From Pseudomonadota bacterium (lineage in GTDB: Bacteria; Bdellovibrionota_B; Oligoflexia; Oligoflexales; CAIYRB01), in NCBI GenBank assembly GCA_031416315.1, contig JANOTL010000147.1, forward strand, positions 1 to 15,155: 15,155 nt of DNA, in the 5' to 3' direction. Of this stretch, positions 1-7,359 are shown in pieces. Both the position numbers and the translations under genes were made by a program. The notes below the pieces were generated by a model. The model did not search any database and had not been told where the DNA came from. It saw nothing but the letters and a program-made list of their open reading frames with translations. Position 1 is the first letter of the stretch; each line of letters opens with the position of its first letter.

Positions 1-82
1 ATCCGACGCCGGATCCGGCTCCCGATGCGGTCTCCGGCTTCGGATCGCGGGTCGCGGCTATCGGTTTCGGATGGCGGCCGTA

Positions 83-988
83 TCATTCGAGGATGCGGTC
101 CCGCTTGTGCCCCTTCTCCGCGCTCTTCTCGATGAACTCGACGATCGCGCCCGCGACGTCGATCTCCGTGTATTTCTCGATGCCCTCGAGCCCAGGCGAA
201 GAGTTGACCTCCATCACGCAAGGGCCCTTGTTGGAGCGCAGGATGTCGACGCCCGCGACGCTGAGGCCCATCGCCTTCGCCGCTTTGATCGCCGTCTGGC
301 GCTCGGCCGGCGTGATCTTGACGTTCTCGGCCTTGCCGCCGCGGTGCAGGTTCGAGCGGAACTCGCCCTCTTTCGCCGTGCGCATCATCGCCGCGACGAC
401 CTTGTCGCCGACGACGAAGGCGCGGATGTCGGCGCCTTTCGCCTCGGCGATGAACTCCTGCACGATGATGTTGGCGTCGAGCCCGCGGAAGGCCTCGACG
501 ACGGACTCCGCCGCGCCCTGCGTCTCCGCCAGGACGACGCCGATGCCCTGCGTCCCCTCGAGGAGCTTCACGACGAGCGGCGCGCCGCCGACCGAGTTGA
601 TGAGGCCCTGCACGTCGCGCGAGGAATGCGCGCATCCGGTCACCGGCATGCCGATGCCCAAGCCCGCCATGATCTGCAGGCTGCGCAGCTTGTCGCGCGA
701 CCGCGAGATCGCCTGCGACCGGTTCAGCGTGAACTTGCCCATCATCTCGAACTGCCGCACCACGGCCGTGCCATAAAAAGTGTTCGAAGCGCCGATCCGC
801 GGAATCACGGCGTCGAAGTCGTCGAGCGCGCGCCCTTTGAAGATGACCTTGGGCGCGTGCGACGTGATGGTGATCAGGCAGCGCAGATAGTCGATGACCT
901 CGACCTCATGCCCGCGTGCCCGAGCGGCCTCGCATAGCCTTTGCGTCGAATAGAGGGACGCTTTGCGCGAGAGCACGGCGATCTTCAT
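83..988 (-). CDS. rimK: RimK-family ATP-grasp alpha-L-glutamate ligase (ribosomal protein S6 glutamylation), 301 aa
   Basis: Translation from ATG at 988 gives [18 protein letters not shown]...[10 protein letters not shown]...[10 protein letters not shown]...[17 protein letters not shown]...[13 protein letters not shown]...FRSNLHRGG...GVDILRS...[13 protein letters not shown], the typical RimK motifs. The start overlaps the upstream stop (ATGA) and has AAGG 7 nt upstream. The track ORF's extension to 1429 is not RimK-like. Confidence 0.96.
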   Translation of the reverse strand: MKIAVLSRKASLYSTQRLCEAARARGHEVEVIDYLRCLITITSHAPKVIFKGRALDDFDAVIPRIGASNTFYGTAVVRQFEMMGKFTLNRSQAISRSRDKLRSLQIMAGLGIGMPVTGCAHSSRDVQGLINSVGGAPLVVKLLEGTQGIGVVLAETQGAAESVVEAFRGLDANIIVQEFIAEAKGADIRAFVVGDKVVAAMMRTAKEGEFRSNLHRGGKAENVKITPAERQTAIKAAKAMGLSVAGVDILRSNKGPCVMEVNSSPGLEGIEKYTEIDVAGAIVEFIEKSAEKGHKRDRILE

Positions 989-1518
989 TCGACGGCCTTT
1001 TTCTTCTTCTTCTTCTTTTTCTTTTTCGTCCCGAGCGCCTTGCCCAAGTACGACTTGTTCGGATGCACCAAGAACCGCTTTCGCAGGGCTTGCCGGCCGA
1101 TCAGCATGCGAAAGCCCATGGCGTCGCGCGACACGAGGGTGAGCTCGGCGGGGACGACGCGGCCGCCGACGTCGACCAAGGTCTCGATCACCGGGCGCAA
1201 GGTGCGCGTGCCGCCCGAGTCGGTGACGTGCCGCTCCTCGACGAGCAGCGCCTCGCAGCTCACGAGCCGCTTGGAGTCGCGCTGCTTCGGATGCAGGTCG
1301 AAGCGCACGTAGACCTTGCCGTGGCGCGTTACGAAGTGAATGTTGATCGCGTGCAAGGCCGAGGTGCGCGCGCCGGTGTCGACTTTCGCCTTGATGCGGG
1401 AGACGCCGAGCTCGGGCAAGGCCACCCACTCGCGCCAGCCCACGACGGTCGGCGCCACGGGCTCCGCCGTCCCCGTCTCGGCGGCTTCTAGCGGCAGATT
1501 TTCAGGTGTTTTCTTCAT
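985..1518 (-). CDS. RimK-associated retropepsin-like aspartic protease (RimB-like; usually annotated 'ATP-dependent zinc protease'), with C-terminal K10 tail
   Basis: Motifs [26 protein letters not shown] (D-T-G catalytic motif), VTDSGG...[25 protein letters not shown]. It lies directly upstream of rimK with a 4-bp overlap. Confidence 0.9.
   Translation of the reverse strand: MKKTPENLPLEAAETGTAEPVAPTVVGWREWVALPELGVSRIKAKVDTGARTSALHAINIHFVTRHGKVYVRFDLHPKQRDSKRLVSCEALLVEERHVTDSGGTRTLRPVIETLVDVGGRVVPAELTLVSRDAMGFRMLIGRQALRKRFLVHPNKSYLGKALGTKKKKKKKKKKAVE
997..1026 (-). repeat. Ten consecutive Lys codons (AAA AAG AAA AAG AAG AAG AAG AAG AAA AAG), a pure-purine tract on the coding strand
   Basis: The + strand reads ctttttcttcttcttcttctttttcttttt at 997-1026. 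Confidence 0.95.
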
Positions 1519-1630
1519 GGCTTGGAAAAGGGGACGCTAGCACCGGTAACCCTGGTCCGCAACGCCTGGAAATGGTACTTCCCGGGGGTCGCCAGCCCGC
1601 CTGAATACCCGCAGAAATCGGAGCCCCAGC

Positions 1631-2287
1631 GTGAAGCTCTTCATCGATTCCGCCGACCTCGACGAGATCAAGAAAGTCGCCGAGCTCGGCCTGTGCGACG
1701 GCGTCACCACCAACCCGACGCTGATCGCCAAGTCCGGCAAGGACTTCCGCGCCGTCCTCGAGGAGATCGTCCGCCTGATCCCGGGCCCGATCTCGGCCGA
1801 GGTGGTCGCCACGGAATGCGCGCCCATGCTGGCGGAAGCCGACATCCTGGCGAAGCTGCACAAGAACATCGTCATCAAGCTGCCGCTGACGCAGGAAGGT
1901 CTCAAAGCCTGCAAGCAGCTCTCGCAGAAGGGCGTGAAGACCAACGTCACCCTGTGCTTCTCTGCGGGCCAGGCGCTCCTTGCCGCAAAGGCGGGCGCGA
2001 CCTATGTGTCGCCCTTCATCGGTCGTCTCGACGACGTCTCGGAGGACGGCATGCAGCTTATCCGCGACATCAAGGTGATCTACGACAATTACGGGTACGA
2101 GACACAGGTCCTAGCCGCCAGCGTGCGCCACCCGCGTCACGTGATCGAGGCCGCGCTCGCCGGCTCCGACGTCGCGACGATTCCTTATAAAGTGCTGGAC
2201 CAGCTCTACCGTCATCCTCTGACGGACAAGGGGCTCGCCTCCTTCCTCGACGACTGGAAGAAGTCGGGACAAAAATCCATCGTCTAG
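1631..2287 (+). CDS. tal: Transaldolase of the TalC/MipB (FSA-like) subfamily, 218 aa
   Basis: Motifs [27 protein letters not shown] (Schiff-base Lys), [26 protein letters not shown]. Glu in SAEV and Phe in YVSPF match transaldolase rather than fructose-6-phosphate aldolase (Gln/Tyr). GTG start with GGAG upstream. Confidence 0.93.
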   Translation: MKLFIDSADLDEIKKVAELGLCDGVTTNPTLIAKSGKDFRAVLEEIVRLIPGPISAEVVATECAPMLAEADILAKLHKNIVIKLPLTQEGLKACKQLSQKGVKTNVTLCFSAGQALLAAKAGATYVSPFIGRLDDVSEDGMQLIRDIKVIYDNYGYETQVLAASVRHPRHVIEAALAGSDVATIPYKVLDQLYRHPLTDKGLASFLDDWKKSGQKSIV

Positions 2288-2301
2288 TTTATGTTAAGGG
2301 G

Positions 2302-3312
2302 GTGAGCCCCCACGCCTTCCATGAGCTCCTGTTCCTCTCGGGACAGTACGCCGCCCTCGCCTCCTCTCCGGCGGCAGCCGCGGCGGGACCACCCGCGTAC
2401 CTGCGCATTCTCTCGCTCCTCGAGCTGGAGCGTTTCGACGAGGCCGTGGCCGCGGCGACGGCGGCCGTCAACAAGCAGGGACACGACGCCGAGCTGATCG
2501 CGGCGCTGGCCCTGGCGAAGCAGCTTGCCGGCCATCCGCTCGAGGATCTCGAGGACCTGAACGTCGAAGCGGAGCGGCGCGGCGGCCGCCTGGCCTGGCT
2601 GAACCTCGCCTATCTCGCCATCGTTCATGAAGACTTCGCCGAGGCGCAGGCGCGCCTCAAAGCCTTGGATGGAAAGCTCGACGGCGACCGCATCTTCGGC
2701 GGTTACCGGCGCTTCTTCGATCTGCAGGCCGCCGCCTATAAGCGCGACACGGACCGCTATATGAAGCTGGAGTCCGAGCTCGAGGCCTGGACCTACGCGG
2801 CGCCGTCGGTGCACAACCTCGCCTGGCTCAGCATCTATCAGACGCGCGGCCGTCTGATGATCGGCGAGCGCGAGGCCGCGCGCGACGCGCACAATCGCGC
2901 CAAGAGCGCCGTCAGCCCGCTGGTGATGCCGCGGCTCCATCGCCAGGTCGCGATCACGAGCGCCTGGCTTACCAACGAAAACTCGACGTTGAAGCTGTGC
3001 ACGCCGGGGCACCGCGCCGACGCGTACAAGCCGAATGACTTGCACAATCCGACGAGCATCGGCCGTCGCCTCGAGCGGAAGCCCGTCCTCGGCCTCCTCT
3101 TCCGTACGCTGGTGAAGCACGACGTGGTCGGCGCGACCAAGGAAGAGCTCGTCTACGGCGTCTGGAATCTACGCTACGATCCGCTACGCCACGACGAGCG
3201 GCTCTTGAAATCGCTCGCGCGCTTGCGGCACGAGCTCGAGGCCGCCGCCATCACCGTTCCTGGCGTGCCGCGGCTAGTCGTGCTCGGCGACCGCTGGCTC
3301 CTGGAAGTCTGA
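2302..3312 (+). CDS. Hypothetical protein: helical (TPR-like) N-terminus plus C-terminal OmpR/PhoB-like winged-helix; putative transcriptional regulator
   Basis: A 336-aa ORF with AAGGGG before the GTG and genome-like codon usage. The C-terminal LLFRTLV...ATKEELVYGVWNLRYDPLRHDERLLKSLARLRHEL...LGDRWLL fits the 'sreeLle.VW...l...isrLRkkL' wHTH pattern. Confidence 0.65.
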   Translation: MSPHAFHELLFLSGQYAALASSPAAAAAGPPAYLRILSLLELERFDEAVAAATAAVNKQGHDAELIAALALAKQLAGHPLEDLEDLNVEAERRGGRLAWLNLAYLAIVHEDFAEAQARLKALDGKLDGDRIFGGYRRFFDLQAAAYKRDTDRYMKLESELEAWTYAAPSVHNLAWLSIYQTRGRLMIGEREAARDAHNRAKSAVSPLVMPRLHRQVAITSAWLTNENSTLKLCTPGHRADAYKPNDLHNPTSIGRRLERKPVLGLLFRTLVKHDVVGATKEELVYGVWNLRYDPLRHDERLLKSLARLRHELEAAAITVPGVPRLVVLGDRWLLEV

Positions 3313-4408
3313 TCCAGCCCATTTTCACGAAGAACCCGAGCATGAAGCTGCCGGCCAGGAACATCCCGCCGAGCACCGCCGGATAGCCCCAGGTCTTTCT
3401 CAGCTCCGGCATGTAGTCGAAGTTCATTCCATAGATGCTCGTGATGAACGTCAACGGAATGAAAATGGTCGAGATGATGGTTAGTACCTTCATCGTCTCG
3501 TTCAGACGCTGCGCCATCTGCGTGTGATGGTGATTCATCAAGTCGGAGCTGGAGGCGCGCAAGGAGTCCAAGTGATCGATCACCTGCAGCACGTGGTCGA
3601 GGCAGTCGCGGAGAAAGGGCCGCGTCGCACCGGTGATCCGGCCGCGCTGCTCGGTGATCAGGCGATTCACGATGTCGCGCGTCGGCAAGATGATGCCGTG
3701 GAACGTGACGAGGTCGCCGCGCGTCTCGCGCACCCGCTGGATGAAGTCCTCGCACGGGTTGGTGAAGAGCTCGTCGTCGTACTCCGCGAGCCGCGTCGCC
3801 AGCGAAGACAGCGGTGGGAAGTAGTGGTCGACGCAGCAATCGAGAATCGCATAGGCCAGATAGTCAGGAGCTAACTTCCTGATTTTTCCGCGATTTTTCA
3901 AGATGCGATCGCGCACCGGCTCCAGATAGGTGGAGCCTTGCTCGTGGAACGTGAGCACGAAGCCGGCGCCGAAGAAGAGGCTCACCTGATGCGTCTCGAA
4001 GCGATGCTTCTCGTAGCTCGCCGTGCGCAGGATCGCGAACTCGTAGCCGTCGTGCGACTCGAACTTGGGCCGGTGCCGCGTGTTGAGCACGTCCTCGAGG
4101 CCGAGCCGGTCGATCCCGAGCATCTCGCCCAAGCCTTCGATCAAGGCGAGGTCGGCCAAACCGTCGACGTTGATCCAGACGACCGGCGCCGTCCCGAGGG
4201 TCGCCTTGATCCGCGGCAGGACCGCGCCCATCGACGACGCCGTGGCGTTCGCGTCAACCACGATGTCGACGCTCTGCGGGCCGTACGCGAGGACCGACAA
4301 GTACGAGCGCGCCGCTAGCGGATCCGCCGCCAGGGTTCCAGGCGTGGATCCAGGCGGCGCCGACGGGAAGCGCAAGAGTTTGCGGAAGCCTAGCTCGGGA
4401 CGGCGCAC
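3251..4408 (-). CDS. corA: CorA magnesium/cobalt transporter
   Basis: Motifs PPGSTPGTL, VWINVDGL, LEDVLNTRHRPKFE, QVSLFFG...VLTFHE, DYLAYAILD, RLNETMKVLTIISTIFIPLTFITSIYGMNFDYMPEL (GMN signature), WGYP and TM2. Confidence 0.95.
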   Translation of the reverse strand: MRRPELGFRKLLRFPSAPPGSTPGTLAADPLAARSYLSVLAYGPQSVDIVVDANATASSMGAVLPRIKATLGTAPVVWINVDGLADLALIEGLGEMLGIDRLGLEDVLNTRHRPKFESHDGYEFAILRTASYEKHRFETHQVSLFFGAGFVLTFHEQGSTYLEPVRDRILKNRGKIRKLAPDYLAYAILDCCVDHYFPPLSSLATRLAEYDDELFTNPCEDFIQRVRETRGDLVTFHGIILPTRDIVNRLITEQRGRITGATRPFLRDCLDHVLQVIDHLDSLRASSSDLMNHHHTQMAQRLNETMKVLTIISTIFIPLTFITSIYGMNFDYMPELRKTWGYPAVLGGMFLAGSFMLGFFVKMGWIRLPGASGRRARLAAARQER

Positions 4409-4424
4409 GACGAGCCTCGTACAA

Positions 4425-4994
4425 CTAGTAGCAGTCCTCGTTGTCCTCGCGGTTGAAGACGAGCTGGAAGTCGTCCGGAACCACCCATTTCCCCTGTTTC
4501 TGCGCCAGGCCGACGTTGGTGTCGAAGCTGACGCAGGTGATCTGCGGCTCTTGCGCGTCGCGCTGCGCCATGGTGCGCTTATACCAGCCGTTCACCTCGA
4601 TCTCGGCGCCGTCGGGCGTCTCCGAGGGATCGCTGGAGACGTCGTCCGCGCCGCGCGACAGCTTGACGACGGTGAACTGGAAGCTCGCCTCGTCGCCGAG
4701 CTCGGTCGCTTCCTCGGTGCCGGCTTCGCCGGCGCCGCTCTTCACGACGCGCTTCTCGAGCGCGCCGTGGATCAGCCTCTTGAGGTCGTCCTGCTCCAGG
4801 CGCCCGAGCGGCAAGCGATCGGCCGCGGGCGCCGCCTCTGCTGCAGGCTTCGCGTCCTTCGCGCCTTTCGCGTTACTTTCGTCGCCTGCCGCCACGACCA
4901 CGTCTGCGGAGTCCTCGCCTCCGCCGGTCGAGGTGCAACCAACGGCCGCCGCCATTACGAAGCTACCCATGATGATCGTCGTCCATCTTCTCAT
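4425..4994 (-). CDS. Putative lipoprotein, 189 aa, function unknown
   Basis: ATG at 4994 has a strong SD (AGGGAGGT) and an ATGA overlap with the upstream stop. Signal MRRWTTIIMGSFVMAAAVG-C is followed by a low-complexity linker and an acidic globular domain with two further Cys, ending NEDCY. Confidence 0.8.
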   Translation of the reverse strand: MRRWTTIIMGSFVMAAAVGCTSTGGGEDSADVVVAAGDESNAKGAKDAKPAAEAAPAADRLPLGRLEQDDLKRLIHGALEKRVVKSGAGEAGTEEATELGDEASFQFTVVKLSRGADDVSSDPSETPDGAEIEVNGWYKRTMAQRDAQEPQITCVSFDTNVGLAQKQGKWVVPDDFQLVFNREDNEDCY

Positions 4995-6703
4995 GCCAAC
5001 ACCTCCCTGACTTTCTGAGCCGCGCGCAAGGCCGATGACAGCGAGGTCTCGATCGCCGGCAGAGCCCAGTCGTCCTGATTGCAAAAATGGATGCGAGGTC
5101 CCAGGGACTCCGCCGCTTTCTGCGCCGTGCCTGTGGCGATGAGCCCAGGCGCGGCGACGCAGAGGGGATGGCCCCAGCGCGTGACGCGCACGCGGTCGAC
5201 GGGCGGCGCGCCCGCGGAGCTCGCGCCGATGGCTTTCATCACGCCCGGCACTTGGGCGAGGAACTCGTCGCGGTAGCGCGTGAAGGCGCCCGCTTTCAAG
5301 AGCAGAGACCGAGCGCCCTCGAACGGGAAGCTTCGGTACAGGCTTAGCACCGAATGCGTCGGATGGCCGCCCTGCGCCCACTGCCCGACGATCGCGTTGG
5401 TCGCGCGCTGCGTCGCGGCGGCGGCTTCGATCTCGTCGAACTCGTCCTTCTCGTCGCCGCCGATATAGATGTCGTAGGCGTCGCCGCCGAGCGGCTGATC
5501 GATCAGGACGTTGGCGACGAGATAGGAGCGGTACTTCAGTGCGCCCATCGCGTCGAGCTGCTCCTGCGGCAGATCCGGCATGATGCGCTGCGCCACGTAT
5601 TTCGGCGTCGCGACGACGACGGCATGCGCGAGGATGACGTACGTCGAGCCGTCGGGGCGCCGCGCTTGCACGCGCACGCCGCTGCCGTTCGGCTCCGGCT
5701 CGATCAGGCGCACCACCGAGCCGACGCGAAAGTTCTCGGCCGGCACGCCGGCCTCGGCCGCAGCGCGCAAGAGCGAGCTTGCGACCTTGGCGTTGCCGCC
5801 GGGCAAAGCGCAAACGCCGCCCATCTCCGCGGCGAGGAAAGACAAGCCCGCGGCGGCCGAGATCTCGCGGGCGCCGGCGCCGAACTGCGACCAGCAGTAG
5901 TGCTCGATCAAAGAGCGCAGCGGCGCCGAAAGGCTACCGCCGACAGCTGCCTCGACTTCGGTCAGCAAGGTCTTCATGTCGAGCTTCTTCAGCGCCTCGG
6001 AGACGCCGTCCTCGGCCTTCGGCGGCAAAGACGATCCGCCCTCGTCGTAGACCGTGCGCAAATAGTCGCGCAGCTTCTGCATCTGCGCCTTGGCGCCAGG
6101 CGTCGCGCTCGAGCCGCCGACCCAGAAATCAGCGTGCAGGGAGCCGCCGAGCATCACGTGCTTGTCGCTCGCGACGCGCCAGCGCTCGTCGAGGCGCAGG
6201 GGGCGGTAGAAGGCCCTGAGCAGCGGATCGCCGCTTCGAGGCTTGGCGAGGTGCGCGGATCCCAGCGCGTACTCGACGCCTTCCCAGGATTCGCCGCGCG
6301 CGTTGCCGCCGAAAGTCTGCGCCTGCTCTAGAATGATCGGCTTGTGGTCGCGCAAGAGGTACGCGGCCGCGAGTCCGGCGATGCCGCCGCCGACGATCAC
6401 GACGGACGCCGTCTCCGCCGGCGCGCCGCGGTCCGGGCCGGCGTCCTGGTCGCGCAGCCATTTGTGCGCGAACGTCGGCAGATCGCCGGAGAAATCCGTC
6501 TGCGGAAACCGCGCCGGCTGGATCGAGTCGATGCTGCGGAGCCACTCCATGCCGGGTGGCAGGGGCTCCTCCTTCAAGAGGCCTGCGGCCCCACCGGGCG
6601 TGCGGCATCCCAACGCCGCGAGCGGCGTGAAGGTCGTGGCGCCAATGGCGCCGAGCGCACCACGCACGAAGGCGCGGCGATGGAGGGGGTCGAAGGGCTT
6701 CAT
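4991..6703 (-). CDS. Tat-exported FAD-dependent oxidoreductase (amine oxidase / protoporphyrinogen oxidase superfamily), possibly lipid-anchored
   Basis: Twin-arginine signal HRRAFVRGALG...LAALG-C; Rossmann motif VVIVGGGIAGLAAAYLL...ILEQAQTFGGNARG; LGSAH; LPGGN; AVVVATP; RWGHP; C-terminal IHFCNQD...AIETSL. Confidence 0.88.
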   Translation of the reverse strand: MKPFDPLHRRAFVRGALGAIGATTFTPLAALGCRTPGGAAGLLKEEPLPPGMEWLRSIDSIQPARFPQTDFSGDLPTFAHKWLRDQDAGPDRGAPAETASVVIVGGGIAGLAAAYLLRDHKPIILEQAQTFGGNARGESWEGVEYALGSAHLAKPRSGDPLLRAFYRPLRLDERWRVASDKHVMLGGSLHADFWVGGSSATPGAKAQMQKLRDYLRTVYDEGGSSLPPKAEDGVSEALKKLDMKTLLTEVEAAVGGSLSAPLRSLIEHYCWSQFGAGAREISAAAGLSFLAAEMGGVCALPGGNAKVASSLLRAAAEAGVPAENFRVGSVVRLIEPEPNGSGVRVQARRPDGSTYVILAHAVVVATPKYVAQRIMPDLPQEQLDAMGALKYRSYLVANVLIDQPLGGDAYDIYIGGDEKDEFDEIEAAAATQRATNAIVGQWAQGGHPTHSVLSLYRSFPFEGARSLLLKAGAFTRYRDEFLAQVPGVMKAIGASSAGAPPVDRVRVTRWGHPLCVAAPGLIATGTAQKAAESLGPRIHFCNQDDWALPAIETSLSSALRAAQKVREVLA

Positions 6704-6887
6704 TTTGCTGCTTAGCTTAGGCTGGAACTGGGCGTTTTGCCAAGAAGTTCAGGGGAGAGTCAACGGCAGGGCGGGTGGGGAAGGCCGACTGTCGAGCGTC
6801 TAGTCGGTTGCTCGCGGATTGCGCATGAGGGCGCCCTGCGGCTGAGCGAAAGCAATTGATCTGGAAGAGGAATTTCGATGAGACGCG

Positions 6888-6903
6888 CGGTGTGAAACTT
6901 GCT
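6888..6903 (+). promoter_or_regulatory. Candidate sigma-54 (-24/-12) promoter for the DUF5679-like gene
   Basis: CGGTGTGAAACTTGCT has GG (6889-6890), N10, GC (6901-6902) with TTGCT. The -24 half matches TGGCAC only partly. Confidence 0.35.
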
Positions 6904-6930
6904 CCATCGGGGGTGGAGGCCCTTTTCCCT

Positions 6931-7314
6931 ATGACGACTTATCCCAACGCTTACTGTGTGAAGTGCGGCACCCATACCGAGACGCTCGACAAGCGCACGG
7001 TGGTGCTCAAGAACGAAGCGCGCGCGCTGACGGGCCACTGCGCCTCGTGCGCGTCGGAAGTCTATCGGATCATGGCGAAGAAGAAGGCAGAGGCGCCGAA
7101 GGCCGCTGCGGTGTCGGCGAAGGCCGTTGCCGTGGCGCCGAAGGCCGTTGCCGTGGCGCCGAAGCCGCAGGCGAAGGCGGCCCCGAATCAAGACCGCCGC
7201 GTCGCCGTGACCCGCCCGGCCGAAATCGCCACCGCCTCCCAATGGACCTACGTCGCGGCGGGCATCTCCATCATCGCGATCATCTCTGGATTCATGCTGT
7301 ACTCGGTCGCCTAA
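6931..7314 (+). CDS. DUF5679-like zinc-ribbon protein with Ala/Lys/Pro linker and C-terminal transmembrane helix, 127 aa
   Basis: ATG at 6931 follows GGAGG (6915-6919). AYCVKC-x-LKNEARALTGHCASCASEVYRI matches the 'YCxKC...KNG....G.C..CG..m.ri' pattern. Then KKKAEAPKAAAVSAKAVAVAPKAVAVAPKP and a hydrophobic tail WTYVAAGISIIAIISGFMLYSVA. Confidence 0.8.
   Translation: MTTYPNAYCVKCGTHTETLDKRTVVLKNEARALTGHCASCASEVYRIMAKKKAEAPKAAAVSAKAVAVAPKAVAVAPKPQAKAAPNQDRRVAVTRPAEIATASQWTYVAAGISIIAIISGFMLYSVA
7093..7164 (+). repeat. In-frame 21-bp tandem repeat, about 3.4 copies (APKAVAV)
   Basis: gcgccgaaggccgctgcggtg / tcggcgaaggccgttgccgtg / gcgccgaaggccgttgccgtg / gcgccgaag. Confidence 0.9.
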
Positions 7315-7319
7315 ACCCC

Positions 7320-7352
7320 CTTCTGCGTCCTCCGCCCCGGAGGACGCAGAAG
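7320..7352. terminator. Perfect 15-bp inverted repeat between convergent genes; probable bidirectional terminator or 3'-stabilising hairpin
   Basis: CTTCTGCGTCCTCCG-ccc-CGGAGGACGCAGAAG lies 5 nt after the + stop (7314) and 7 nt after the - stop (7360). There is no U-tract on either side. Confidence 0.7.
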
Positions 7353-7359
7353 AAGCGTT

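Noticed and set aside
71..937. Long antisense and alternate-frame ORFs (e.g. 71-937, 2284-3120, 4065-5018, 5354-6331, 7840-8736, 8733-9569, 10628-11986)
   Set aside because: They overlap well-supported genes and have no recognisable motifs; such shadow ORFs are expected at high GC.
989..1429. 147-aa N-terminal extension of RimK in the ORF track
   Set aside because: It is an Arg-rich off-frame reading of the protease gene; RimK similarity and the SD start at 988. Kept only as context for the frameshift hypothesis.
1573..1581. TGGTACTTC as an extended -10 for tal
   Set aside because: It lacks the conserved final T and I see no convincing -35.
4995..5813. N-terminal extension of the lipoprotein ORF (462-aa track ORF)
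   Set aside because: It is an off-frame shadow of the oxidoreductase; the signal peptide and SD define the start at 4994.
6790..6816. Second TGTCGA in an intergenic region as a possible ECF42 target
   Set aside because: The sequence after a 17-nt spacer is CGCG, not CG(A/T)C.
6856..6930. Upstream TTG start for the DUF5679-like gene
   Set aside because: The SD and the domain boundary favour ATG 6931.
7093..7164. 21-bp repeats as a CRISPR array
   Set aside because: The repeats are contiguous with no spacers, lie in frame within a CDS, and no cas genes are present.
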